This document shows positions 1-12,283 of a stretch of 64,000 nt of DNA, in pieces. Made by a program: the position numbers and the translations under genes. This DNA comes from Ramazzottius varieornatus (taxonomy: Eukaryota; Animalia; Tardigrada), in assembly GCA_001949185.1 (NCBI GenBank), contig BDGG01000003.1, positions 3,951,158 to 4,015,157 on the forward strand, read 5' to 3'. Numbering within the stretch: the stretch's first letter is position 1; each line of letters begins with the position of its first letter. The notes under the pieces were generated by a model, which worked only from the letters and a program-made list of their open reading frames with translations, did not search any database and was not told the origin of the DNA.

Positions 1-796
1 GTAAAACAACGACGTTTACGATGTGTTCGACATGTATTTCCGTTGGCAGGCAGAACCACCAAATTTCTAAATGCAGTGCAGTACAGTTGCAGTTCGGAAA
101 ACAGCAGAAAACTACAGATGCAGTGCAGTTGCAATTTCTAGAAACCAGATTCAGTGCAGAAGCACCACTGGTTTGAGCTACTGCTGCAGGGCTCTACAAT
201 TTACATGTACATGAGATAATAGATCTGTTTCGCAAGTCATGTTTTCGGCTTGCACAGCATACGTACGAGGAAGACTCCATAATTATGTCAGGGTGAGATT
301 CACACTGTAATTCGGTCAGGCTTTTTTCTCGATGCCCACTGGACCGAATCTTCCACTGCTTGTTTATACGTTGTAACGACAACTTTGCCGAGTCTTCTAT
401 TAAGTTTGAAGAGATTCACGAGATAAAATGAGGAGATATAGGCTCTGGAAGTCAGGAGCATCCCGCTAATGTTAAAAAGCCTGCGAAATAAATCAAGACA
501 AGGCCGCTAGGGGGCACGTTCGTCGTTTTTTGCAGAAATGCTTGCAAACAGGAACACCACGTCATGTCGTCGGTTTCTGCGTTTACAGCACGATCATGAA
601 CGTTGCATTGGCTCAGCATGGAATCCATGACGTATAGCTCTCCCGATACGTACAGTGATGCCGTACTGCATTGCCAGTTTTCACAAAAGGATATTTCCTG
701 CAGATTTTCTGGTCTTTCATACTGCGATATTTCTCTCTCACGATGGCTGTCCGTTCTCAGCTGAAAACAGCGTTCAGGTGCACCAAGAGTGTCGTG

Positions 797-1703
797 NNNN
801 NNNNNNNNNNNNNNNNNNNNNNNNNNNNNNNNNNNNNNNNNNNNNNNNNNNNNNNNNNNNNNNNNNNNNNNNNNNNNNNNNNNNNNNNNNNNNNNNNNNN
901 NNNNNNNNNNNNNNNNNNNNNNNNNNNNNNNNNNNNNNNNNNNNNNNNNNNNNNNNNNNNNNNNNNNNNNNNNNNNNNNNNNNNNNNNNNNNNNNNNNNN
1001 NNNNNNNNNNNNNNNNNNNNNNNNNNNNNNNNNNNNNNNNNNNNNNNNNNNNNNNNNNNNNNNNNNNNNNNNNNNNNNNNNNNNNNNNNNNNNNNNNNNN
1101 NNNNNNNNNNNNNNNNNNNNNNNNNNNNNNNNNNNNNNNNNNNNNNNNNNNNNNNNNNNNNNNNNNNNNNNNNNNNNNNNNNNNNNNNNNNNNNNNNNNN
1201 NNNNNNNNNNNNNNNNNNNNNNNNNNNNNNNNNNNNNNNNNNNNNNNNNNNNNNNNNNNNNNNNNNNNNNNNNNNNNNNNNNNNNNNNNNNNNNNNNNNN
1301 NNNNNNNNNNNNNNNNNNNNNNNNNNNNNNNNNNNNNNNNNNNNNNNNNNNNNNNNNNNNNNNNNNNNNNNNNNNNNNNNNNNNNNNNNNNNNNNNNNNN
1401 NNNNNNNNNNNNNNNNNNNNNNNNNNNNNNNNNNNNNNNNNNNNNNNNNNNNNNNNNNNNNNNNNNNNNNNNNNNNNNNNNNNNNNNNNNNNNNNNNNNN
1501 NNNNNNNNNNNNNNNNNNNNNNNNNNNNNNNNNNNNNNNNNNNNNNNNNNNNNNNNNNNNNNNNNNNNNNNNNNNNNNNNNNNNNNNNNNNNNNNNNNNN
1601 NNNNNNNNNNNNNNNNNNNNNNNNNNNNNNNNNNNNNNNNNNNNNNNNNNNNNNNNNNNNNNNNNNNNNNNNNNNNNNNNNNNNNNNNNNNNNNNNNNNN
1701 NNN
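797..1703. other. Assembly gap (N run)
   Basis: 907 N characters; ORFs spanning it are artefacts. Confidence 1.
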
Positions 1704-1704
1704 C

Positions 1705-2052
1705 AAGGAGTTCATTCAGCTTAAACAGAAGGGTATTACCCCCGGGGCCGTGTTGGCCAATGTGATGCAGAAGGACTTGTTTGGAGAAGCACCGAAAAAG
1801 CAACGACGACAGGTAAACAGGCAGCTGAATACCGAGCCAGGTGCGCTGATCACCGGTCCCGAATTTGTTGCCGAGTTGGAGAAAGAAGATGAGAAGAAGA
1901 AGGCAGAGAAAGCTGCTGTTGAAGCAAAACGAAAGGCTGCAGCTGAAAAGAAAAAGAAAAATGCCACGAAAGAAAAAGATGAGAGTCCCACAGCATCGAA
2001 GCGCAAGGCATCAAATGTGAAGTCTCTGACAAGCAAGAAAGCACGAGTTTAG
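1705..2052 (+). CDS. C-terminal fragment of a probable pogo/Fot1-like transposase
   Basis: KKQRRQVNRQLNTEPGALITGPEFVAELEKEDEKKKAEK followed by a Lys-rich tail resembles pogo/Fot1 transposase C-termini; lies between the TIRs; the catalytic region would be in the gap. Confidence 0.6.
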   Translation, partial: KEFIQLKQKGITPGAVLANVMQKDLFGEAPKKQRRQVNRQLNTEPGALITGPEFVAELEKEDEKKKAEKAAVEAKRKAAAEKKKKNATKEKDESPTASKRKASNVKSLTSKKARV

Positions 2053-3585
2053 TTTATCTTGGCGGAATGCGCCGTTGTACGATATTTGAGACGCATTCCG
2101 CTTTTTGAAGACTTAACAATGTTGTACTTTGCTGATGATTTGCTCAGGTGATCAGAGAATTTAGGGATCAGAAAGGTAGAATTAAATCGAAATAGTGCAG
2201 TTCAAATTCTCCCAGAGTTTTCCCGTCCAACAGCACATAAACGTAGTACGGTATCAGGCTCAGCACGGATCGCTAATGCTTGCGACACTGCTGCCCCCGC
2301 ACACCACTGTCCTGACCGAATTATGGTGTAAATTTTACCCTGACATAATTATGGAGTCTACCTCGTATAGGTTTTATGCTGTGCTTTTATCCACGACTTA
2401 TGTTCGGCCTAATATCGCTGCACGAAATTGCAAATTCTGTGCAAGCTGAGTTGATTGAACTATTGACCGCTTTGGTCGAAATTTGAAATTTCAGAGGAGT
2501 GCAGCGTGATCAGACCAATCAGCGAGTTGGACCTGGCGCGCCAAGTAATCCGAGCGACGCGCCTTCCCCACATTGCGCCACTTGACTTTCGCTCTCGTTT
2601 CTTCTGCAAATCCATCACGTTTTCGACCTGAACCAGCATTAAAACGAGGAAGAGACATTTCTCTTCCCAAAACTACTGCTAGAAAACGCGAAAAACGTCC
2701 TGGATTCATCCGATTGAGGGATAAGTGACAGGTCAGTCGAGTCTCAGTTCCCGGCTGAACTCGCGCAGCGTAACATCGCTTTATCTTAATTTTCTGTGCC
2801 GAAAGTGTCGAAACCGCGAAACGGTTTCTGCACAGGAACCTGCACAGCACAGAATCATGTGATTGTATGTAATTCAGGGCCGAAACATGAATTGCGAAAT
2901 AGGTCTAATGAGAAGCCAAACGCATTTTCAGCATGGTCGGTTTTACCCTCCGAAAGAAGATCGTAGCTGGATCGTAACGAAGTTCATCGTGAGTTTTCGT
3001 GCGCTGCGACAGAGTTGAGAGCTGCATTAGCTCAGAACTAAGTCTCGTGTAGCTCTCGTGATAATTTCCACTTTATGGTTCGCAAGGGCTTTAGTCAGTC
3101 AAGGTCTAGCTTCGATCTCAATTTCCTCTGCATTAGGGAGCAATTATTGCCTCAAGTCGTCACAAATTTCTCTGGTACCTCCCCTCGGACGACAACTACC
3201 GAGGACTTTAGGGACCCCATGTGGCAACAGGCCATGGCATGATTATGAAGTGAAGTGAAACAGCGAAGTACTACTCGGTGCGGGACTAAAATTTTATCTG
3301 CTGCCAATGCCAGCAGCTCCATACTTTTATTTATCGTCGACCTCCAAAGTGGTGGTTTGTCTATCGTGCACTATTGAGTACTTAGCTTGGCGTCATGCAC
3401 GCAAGATTCCAAACTGGGAACTGAGCTTTCTCCGCAGAACTTGGTGTGTCTGTCTTGCGGACGTTTTCTTGGGCGGAAGTGCCTTGGTGAGAAGGCTTCT
3501 GGCATACTGTAGTTTACAACCTGTCAAGTGCATCAGGAGGTTCATTTATCATGGAGTGAAGCTCGTTCGACCCAAGTTTTCATGA

Positions 3586-6317
3586 ATGGATTCGACAACT
3601 CCAAACCCAGGCGCTAAAGATGGAAAGCTAGGGGTGTTCTGTCGGAGAGTTATGAATACCCTGAAGCACCTGTTATCAGAGTAAGCCACTATACTTCCTT
3701 GTTCGCTTCGTAATAGTACAGCATCCGAAGAAAGTCCCAAAGTTTTGCCGGTTTTTCCAGGTACGAGACTCCAAGGCTGGTGATTCTTCGAAGCTATCCA
3801 GTTGGGATAATTTACAGGTGAGATACGAAAAGGTCGTCGAGAGTATAACCCGTGTAGCATCCTTTCCTTCTACTGACTGTTCGTCCCATAGAACAGTCCA
3901 GTTGCTGATCGTGGCATACTTGATTGGGTAAGAATGTATCTTTGAAATATTCGTGATCCTGTTCGTGGTCGGTGAAACTGTTCTCTGCAGGTACGTTTTC
4001 ATCTGGACCAAAAGCTATCAAAGCTTTGATACGGCGGAGAGCAGCGTGGTCACAAAGATAAAGGGCATTCTGTACCGAAATATCGCCGAAGGTTCGGCAG
4101 TAATAAGGAAGGAAGTATGGGACGGGGCGGACTTCGTGGTACCTGTACAGGTAAGCTCACGTCGCGAAGACCTCACCATATAGTATCGGTACAAGTACTT
4201 TACCTAACTATGGGCATGGACAGCTCCGGCCGAAAGCGGCTGCGGCCAGCTGAAACCGACCAATCAATCGAAGCGTTGCAGAAAGCGGCAGGTGCTCAAA
4301 ATTCTGCCCATGCTCGTAATTAGGTACAGCGCTTATAGAGTACCTAGACGAACGGAGACAGCTTTGCCTTGCCAGAGACTTAGTTACAGTACGACCCACT
4401 TGTACATGTAACGCTATGTTGCGGACGCTTAATAGCATGTTTGCGTGCGTGTTTTCTTGTGTTTATGTTGAGGAATGCGGTACTGTACATCACCAAACGT
4501 CGGCCACGTCTTTAACATGGATTCTTGGGCTGACTTCGCAAGTGTTCTCTCCGTAGGAAACCAATGCATTCTTCATCACCACCAGTTTACTGTACACAGC
4601 GAACCAGAGCCAGACGATTTGTCCAGAAGTAAGTTCCAATAGTTTTCTCGGATTGTTGCGAAGACTTATAAGCCTTTCAATTATCATAGCCGAGTGAAGT
4701 AATCTCCGGAGCTTGATACGATTTACATTCCATATTTGCTGTAGGACCCCAATGTTGGGATAGAAGGCATTCACTGCTCGCAAGATCAAGACTGCGTCCC
4801 AGGAGAATCGACACCGTATGGTAATGGCTTGAGGACAGGTCGCTGCGTTCCATCGACGTCGAATGCCGAGCTTTCCGTCTGCGAAATCAACGGATGGTGC
4901 CCAACCGAATTTGACCAAACTCCCAAGTGAGTTTAAAAGCTTTCAGCACTTCCTGCCGAATGAACCACGCAGTAAGTAAGTATCATTCGAACGGTTTTGC
5001 TTTTCATTATAGGTCCCCCGTACTTCACGGTTTCGACAGCTTGACAGTTCTGGTCAAGAACCACATTGCCTTTCCAAAATACGGCCTCAAAAGGTAATCG
5101 AAATTGATTCTTTTTGACTGTAGGCGCATACACATACATATATGAGCAGGATACTGAAATAGAACGTCGGCAAATGACTTGAACATGATCTTTTTCCTAA
5201 TTGGCGCACATTTTCGGCTAGTGCGATCAGTAAAGTGCGTCGGTTGGTATAACAATCATGTTTGATTCATTTGCCGACCGTCGCAACTGGCTTTTTTCTG
5301 TTTTAGGCGCAATATACTCGATTCTTTCGACGACAAGTACTTGAAGTCGTGTCGCTTCCACCATGTTTCCGATCCGTTGTGTCCCGTCTTCAAGATTGTC
5401 GATATCGTGTCTTTCGCAAACGAAAGTTTCCATCAGCTTGCTGTCCGCGTGAGTGATCGTGCAGATATGTAACCTGTCTTTCGATGTGAACTAGTAGATG
5501 ACATCATGTTCTTCTCTCAATCCATCCAATGACAAGTTCGTCGATGCTTTTACAGGGTGGAGTGATCGCTTTCAATATCCACTGGTGGGGTTGATTTCCG
5601 CATATATTTGAAATCGTGGAGCTATTTGGTGTTTCTCTTTTAGGGACTGTGATTTGGATTTAAGTGTGGAATTGTGTCTTCCCAATTACCACTTCCGTCG
5701 ACTAGACAATGAGAAGGACAAGATTGCAAAAGGATGGAACTTTCGGTAAGAACTAAATCCAGCGAATCGATATGTAATTTTCGTCGACCTAACACTGTCT
5801 GTCTTTGTTGTTCACAGGCATGCATATTACTACCAAGATATGCATGGGAATATGCGGAGAGATTTGATTAAGTCATGGGGAATCCGATTTGTCTTCAATG
5901 TACAGGGCGTGGCTGGCAAGTTTTCAGCCGTCAACTTTTGGATGAATCTGGGCTCCGGAATAGGCTTGCTCGGAATTGTAAGTCATCATATTTGTGAGAC
6001 AGATGATTTGGTTGGAGAAAGATGATGCGGCCTTTTCATAATCAGTTTAGCGCACATGTCGATCGTGGTTTCAGGCGTCCTTGGTCTGTGAATTCATCCT
6101 AATGAAGTGCATCCAACCGACGGACTCCCTTATGAGGCAGAAGTTCCTGCAGCTTAAGGACATCAAAGAACCGGCATCACAAAGCTCAGGGCTCTTCTAT
6201 AGGAACAACCGGAATGATGCAAGCTTTCTGGATGGCGCTGCCGTCTGCGACAACTGCACGCTCCAAGAGGGAGCTCCTCTAGCTTACATTGACGAGTTTG
6301 GAAGCAGTCACTCCTGA
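3586..6317 (+). CDS. P2X purinoceptor, paralogue A (about 12 exons)
   Basis: Spliced exons give YETPR, SSVVTKIKG, WDGADFVVP, GNGLRTGRC, CEINGWCPTE, KNHIAFPKY, DPLCPVF, GWNFR, LIKSWGIRF, NLGSGIGLLG; ATP-binding K-x-K, NFR and K residues are present. Confidence 0.95.
5166..5279. repeat. GTGGCGCAC hairpin element, P2X-A intron
   Basis: GTCGGCAAATGA...TTGGCGCAC..GTGCGTC...TCATTTGCCGAC. Confidence 0.75.
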
Positions 6318-6937
6318 CGACGTCTTCGACCGCCATTGGACTCCTACCTGTTACCTAGCAGACAGTAATAATGTACCATCGACCAAGTACGTAGCGATAG
6401 AAGTGCCGGCCATTACTCATCGAAGCACGCTGCGCACGGTGGACCAGAAAGCCTACCTGTTTACGTGGTGGTCCTGCACCAAAATTCCGTTACGTTGTTT
6501 TCCCACGCGGGACAAGTGTCGTACTCTCGATGCACAAGCCAAAGGCTTCTCGTTCGGTTTCCGTGGTTTAGATATGGGAAATCTTCCTAGTCAAGCTCTG
6601 GCGAACCTCAACACTACCCGTAGTTTACGTCGCAAGATTACACAGTGTCCGATCGTTGATTACAGTCAAGTCGGAAAAGATTTATACAACTGGCCGTGGC
6701 TATCGTTTGAACTGCATACACGCGCAAGTCCTCTACCATTTGAATTGGAAAAGGTACCGAGTGGTTCGTGTGGCGGACAAGCACTTCCCATTTTGTCGGG
6801 AGGCGGCAAGCACTGTTTGCGAGGAAAGTACAGAGACAGTCGTTATGAGCTAACGATTTGGCAATTTGGTAATCTTGAAGAAAGAATGGATGAATGGACG
6901 GTGCTGTGTACTTCCGGTTCGAAGCGCGGGACACCGC

Positions 6938-9900
6938 CTAATACCGGTAGGTATTCGTGTTGTAATAGTAGTAAGGTCCCGAATAGGCGTGAGCTCCGGG
7001 AGCATAATAGGGCGGTTGCTTCTCGGCATATGCCCCATACACCGGCATCACGTACTGTGCGTGCCTTTCCTTCTCCTTCCGTCTTTCGTAACGCAGACTT
7101 CCGGCTCCCGCAAAGATGAATATGGCGCACAAGAGGGCAAACCCGCAACCGATCCAGGCAAGTATGAAGGACCAGCTGTACATCCGCACCGTATTCTGCT
7201 GCAATAACTGCAAAAGAAAACAAACAAAAAATAAAACACCGGCAACTGAAGACGAACATGATCGTCAGCTCAAGTGGCGCACTGTTCCATTGTTATTGAC
7301 TAAAAGTGTTCGCCACTTGAGTCAGGCTCAAGACATTCAATTTGCCGACGTCCCAAATTTGAGAACCATAACAAAAAAAATGTCAAAAATTTCATAACAC
7401 AAAAAAGTTTTTCAAAAAAAGTGAATGTCCATTAGGATGATAGAAGACCGTATAATACATGCAAGATTGTTTTGTCACTTCGGCCCCCAGCATAAAAATA
7501 TTGTCACATGTTGGCACACATCAAACCATGCATATCTGATTGTCTTGCACCGTACGTACCAAGGGCCAAGCTAAATAATATGGGCGTCGGTTCATCTGAT
7601 GGGTCTCCATGTAGTCCACTCCATGCCATATTGCCAGAGCCCCAGCGTCCAAGAGCCCTACGGAACAAACACAAAGGATGTTCGAGAGGTCGCTTCACAG
7701 CTTGTAGATTACTTCCGTTAAGTGTTATGCTTACAGGCAGTCAGCATGAAGGTGCCCGTCGTAATGAGCAAGGCCGGGCTACGCTTCCAGCAACCAAACA
7801 CTCCGACCAGGAAGCAAAGAAGTTCCACGGCGAAGGCTGCTATGAAGAGGGCGATAATTGTCCTCATCAAATCTAAGAAAACCAATATTCGGTGATCAAT
7901 TACTGTGAACTTCCAAGGAATTATTTCGGATGTCGGCAAAGACATTCTCCCAGATCATCGCCCCAAGCGGCGCACGTTTGCGATGTTAGGGCTGCAAGCG
8001 TGCGCCACTTCAGAAACAGCCCTGCGGTGTTTCGTTACTTGTCCAAGTGGCGCATGCTATAGGTGTTATTAGCTGAGGGTGTGCGCCACAAGGAAGAACG
8101 ATCTGTTTCAGTTCATTTGCCATTTCTCGACTTTTTGATAATGGGTGCATGGTTGTTTTTGTCATTGTGATTGGTCTCGTGCGGACTTTTGACTCTATAG
8201 TGTTTGCGTATCAGGTGGAGCAGAAAGATATCTCTACGGTCGGTCGAATCAACATTGGCTATAATTGGCCCATAAAAACTAGTCAGTACCAGAGCCAACT
8301 TACATTACGAACTATTATCGGCACCGGTCATATATGAAGAAATGAGACGGAAGACAGAACTTGACCAATAAGTTGCGACACAGAAAGTTTCACAACAGGG
8401 CCACCTTAGTACCAGCGTGTGCTACGTGCCAGCAAGAAACACGACTTACGGATGCGAGCCCTTTCGTATCCATCCAAGTCAGAATCCAAGTCCTTCGGGT
8501 AGTCGATGTTGACGCAGCTTGTATCCGTTGGCGAAAGGTAAACATTCGTTCCTAAAAGCACAAAAATATTGTCGTTCGGCGTGTGCGAAAAAGCGCACGT
8601 TACCATTGTGCTACTCGAAGAGCGAAAAGCTAAAGTTCGCTGATCACGTAATGCGTGACTGAGACACGCACATGCATAACACTGCACCCTAGTGGCGTCA
8701 GAGTTCGTGGTACGCAGGTGGCGATGTCGAAGGCGGAAGCCGCGTTATGAAGAAATGCGACACGGACCTGCATACAGCGGTCATTGTTCAGCAGCATGGG
8801 TCGCTGTATGCATGTTCATGAAGAATAACCAAATTTCGTCTGGATGCACTCAACGCGAAGTCTTCGCAACTGCGAATTCTTTTCTAGCTATTTCTTTGTG
8901 CTTTCTGGAAATCAGTTGGCAGAAGAACAAGAACTGCAATTCAATTGATTGCAGTGGACGATAAGGAGGTCGCTCCACTGTTTTAGAATGGGTGTCCACT
9001 TGATGGTATTATCCACACCTATTTTGTTGACTTTGTTCGCACGTAGCCTGACCATCTTGAACATCGGTTACAATGTGGCTATAATGCGTTGTTGAGTGGT
9101 CAGTCGTTTGTCTAGAAGATCGAAAGTACCGCATTTCTCCGTCGCTTTCCACCTTTACTTGACCTGCTTAGGTGGACTAGCTTGTAGACTCTAGCGGCTT
9201 CAAGCTTTAGCCGTAGCGCTAAATAGCCGATATGGCACGATTTACACCAGCTCATGACACTTATTTTTACCGCGCAATAACCTACAAAAAATCCATTGCC
9301 TCAATGCGAGAGAGCCAGCGAGACAAGCTAAAGATGACCGATGGTTCCAATTATTTAGCACGCTAGCAAAAGCTTTTCCCTTGATACTTCATCGCTTCGT
9401 GCTCACCGTTCTTACCACGGCAAAGCCTACGCCTGCATTTTGTGATCGATCAATCTGTACAAACACAGATACACCTGATGGCTTGTCGACAAAAACTTTG
9501 TAACATATCCAATTAAATTTGACGAGTTTTTCATCATGGAGCTTCCACACACAGGAGGCTTTAGGTTTCTTTTCTTTAGCGCATCGGAACTGTATGCTTC
9601 AGCCACACAGGGGCTTTCAGGGTTTCGACAATTTGTTATGGGTCTCCTCAATATCGATCGTCGGCGACCTTATTCGTATAGGAAGATACACAATAGGTTA
9701 ATGCAGGTGTTTGTGCGAATCCATAAACCTCATTCTCCTCCTATCGATTATTTCTATGTAAGAGAAGTGTTCGAGGAACCTTTCTATAGACTCAACAGAA
9801 CACCTTTTCTCTGCAAACAAAACTCACAGACAGGTCCAGAAAGGACACGATGGTGGAGCCTGTTCGCGTATGCCCGAGATGATATAATTACAGCGGCGAG

Positions 9901-10518
9901 CCATCACCGCCTCTAGGAACAGTTCTTGAACCACGACGTTGCGAAAAGCCCAGCCATCCATGACCCGAGTGCAAAACATCCGCTCGACCACTAGACCGTA
10001 TATCCAAACAGCCAATTACGTGACATGGGGCATCGGAGACTGAACTGAACACAACCGTCATCAAGTGCCGCACAACTTCGTTTTCTCAAGCTGAGACAGT
10101 GCGCCACGTGGAAAAACAGACTTGACAGGATTAATTTTTCAAGTGGCGCTCAGTTCCATTGTTTTTGACTTCAAGCATGCGTCACTTGGGAAGACGCCCT
10201 GGGTGAATTCGTTTGTGTTGATGTTCCACGTATCAGAGTTGTCTTACCGTAAGGGATCTCTGAGGGGAAACACTGTCTCCATAGTCCGTAAGTACGATCG
10301 AAGTAGATGTTGGACCTGTTCATCTCCCGCGCCACATTGGCAAAGTCCAGCGTGGCCGGATTGAGAGCTGTGGACTGTTGGTTGATAGTGTTGAGGATGG
10401 CGATCCTGTTGACATCGTATTCCAACCAGCAATCTGTAGCAAAAGCAATCGCCACGCAGGCCACCGCTATACATCCACATATAGTAGCCAAAGATAACAG
10501 AATAGCGGCGGTAGTCAT
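6938..10518 (-). CDS. Claudin/PMP22/EMP-superfamily four-TM protein (about 5 exons)
   Basis: TM1 followed by TDCWLE, YGLWRQC and a second loop Cys; further TMs; YSWSFILAWIG in TM4; Tyr/Pro-rich tail; exons near 10518-10248, 8549-8450, 7873-7735, 7657-7559 and 7207-6938. Confidence 0.85.
7240..7349. repeat. Hairpin element, claudin-like gene intron
   Basis: CTCAAGTGGCGCAC...GTTCGCCACTTGAG. Confidence 0.75.
7932..8121. repeat. Double hairpin element, claudin-like gene intron
   Basis: Two GGCGCA..GTGCGCCAC pairs within shared outer arms. Confidence 0.8.
10031..10223. repeat. Double hairpin element, claudin-like gene intron 1
   Basis: CAAGTGCCGCAC..GTGCGCCAC and CAAGTGGCGCTC..ATGCGTCACTTG. Confidence 0.7.
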
Positions 10519-12283
10519 TTTTGGGTGTTCTGAGAATATCTCAATCAGGAATATTTTTCTCCATATTGATCGGAATAATCCAAATTTGGAATAACAGATT
10601 AACGATCACCACAGAAATGGTATACGAGCCTTCGCTGAAATGCACTGTATCAGAAATGATGGGTGAAGGTGGAAAAGAGAGACTCACCGAACGGTAACAC
10701 TATAAGTCACAGCCGGTGATCGTCTACAAGCTTGGTCCACTCCACTTCATGATCTCAAGAAGAAAGACTTGACACCAGTGCAGTTGAGCGAAGGGAGTGA
10801 CACGCTGGTCGACCGTCTCACATTCCCTCCGGCAAATTTGTCACGGTGTACCGTTCTATGCGCTGAGAGCGCTTCGCAGCTGTTTCCGCCTTGATGGAGC
10901 CTCCGTCGCAGGTACGATGCTTGCTTGAGCTCAAGCAACGTACCTGAATGACACACGATAACACAGTACGACAAGGTGAAAAGGATTCCGACTGATGGTT
11001 ATACCAGGCTGGTTTCCGGCTTCAGGACATTCCATTAGAAAACGGAAGTGGCGACCCATTAGGTCCCTGGAAAGACAAACATACCATTACATAAAGCAAT
11101 CACATATGACATGACATACTTCGATAAACAATGACACATTGACTGGGCGATTTGCCGTAGGATGTAACTCTAAAACTTAATCTGTCTGTACCAACCTTCA
11201 TTTTCAGCGTTTCAAATCGATCTATGGCACGGATCACCTGGACGTTTAATCGGAGGTTCTATCATCCCGGTAGCTGGCTTCTCGTGGAGACAGATTGGCT
11301 TATTGGCATGTCGATCTCGCTCACCCTCGCGGCCTCGCCGTCTCCGGATCCAGTCCTGACATTGTCTGCACCCGCTCGTCTTCCCGTCAACGGTCAGATT
11401 TTCGGATGTCCGGTGAAGGCACTGGACAATCTTCTGGAGTAAGACTGCTCATTGACTGGAAACTGGAACGAACAGAGTGGAGAATAGGAGGACAAAGAAT
11501 TTAAATGAGCGGGTTGTAAGTGTTCTGTGATCTGTATGACTTATCAACATTACTACCGTATTACCTACTATGCTTGCACGGCGTAGTTCGGTTCGCGATG
11601 ACGCAGGAGGATCGGAGTTGAATCGGGAGAGCTCTTTCATAGCTTTGGTCCTCTGGATGAATCTATTTGGACAAGACGATCGTACATCAAAATGCGTTTA
11701 CCCGATCATGCTGTTCTCTTCGTGGGAGAGCGTGTGTCAGAGTCCTGAGTGGTTTTATTGGTCATTGTAGACAGAAAGATGAGACTTTATATTTCAATTA
11801 GAGGCCAATACATCTTGGCGGCTTTTTGCGGGACAAGTCTTCCCTCTGCCTGCTGATTCAAGCTCAATCGGGGAACTTTATTCCCTTAACCGGGCATTTT
11901 TGGCCAAGAGAGCAAACACTTTTAGAACGGATGTAGAGGGATAATTGCGTATAACGCCGACTCTTTAGGAAGCCATATTGTGACAAGCACAGCATAGATA
12001 AACTGGCCGCTTCGAGGAAATGACACCCATTCCTCTTCCTTATTTATTTTGCGAATTTCCTCCCGAAGCAGGGGGTACCCTACTTCACGCTACTTGGCTC
12101 TCCAGTACGCCGCGAAGTAATTCAAATTCCGCACCAACTTGTAAGATGGAATTTCAGTCACCTCCACTCATCGCCGTAATCGTCACAGAGCGCGATCATC
12201 GAATGATTTTTGCCCGGTGAGGAATAACCCTGTCTAACCACACGCAATTCTGCAACTGGCGCGCTCCATCCTTTGGGATCATT

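Larger units (their letters stand above)
266..2365 (+). mobile_element. pogo/Tc1-mariner-type DNA transposon (partly in assembly gap)
   Basis: 55-bp TIRs at 266-320 and 2311-2365 (6 mismatches), each with two internal CATAATT..GTCAGG-like direct repeats; TA duplicated at 264-265 and 2366-2367; the empty site is visible at 33750-33751. Confidence 0.85.
221..2906. mobile_element. 584-bp non-autonomous MITE (PIF/Harbinger/PHIS-like), copy 1, interrupted by a nested 2.1-kb element
   Basis: TIRs AGATCTGTTTCGCAAGTCATGTTTTCGGC (221) and GCCGAAACATGAATTGCGAAATAGGTCT (ends 2906); AAT duplicated at 218-220 and 2907-2909; 221-265 plus 2368-2906 is near-identical to the uninterrupted copy at 33707-34290. 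Confidence 0.85.

Noticed and set aside
70-197. GCAGT-rich repeats ending CAGGGCTCTA, a possible transposon end
   Set aside because: The partner terminus is outside the window; cannot be confirmed
655-1803. Long ORFs of 311-465 aa
   Set aside because: They consist of X residues from the N gap; only the 1705-2052 part is informative
2491-2850. Identical 119-aa ORF here and at 33875-34234
   Set aside because: Non-ATG start inside the duplicated MITE; identity reflects the repeat, not a gene
221-2906. Single autonomous transposon with the 33.7-kb copy as its deletion derivative
   Set aside because: The inner TIRs and the TA duplication show a nested insertion of a different element
6289-7119. 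276-aa + strand ORF
   Set aside because: Non-ATG start; overlaps the 3' ends of P2X-A and the claudin-like gene; no domain signal
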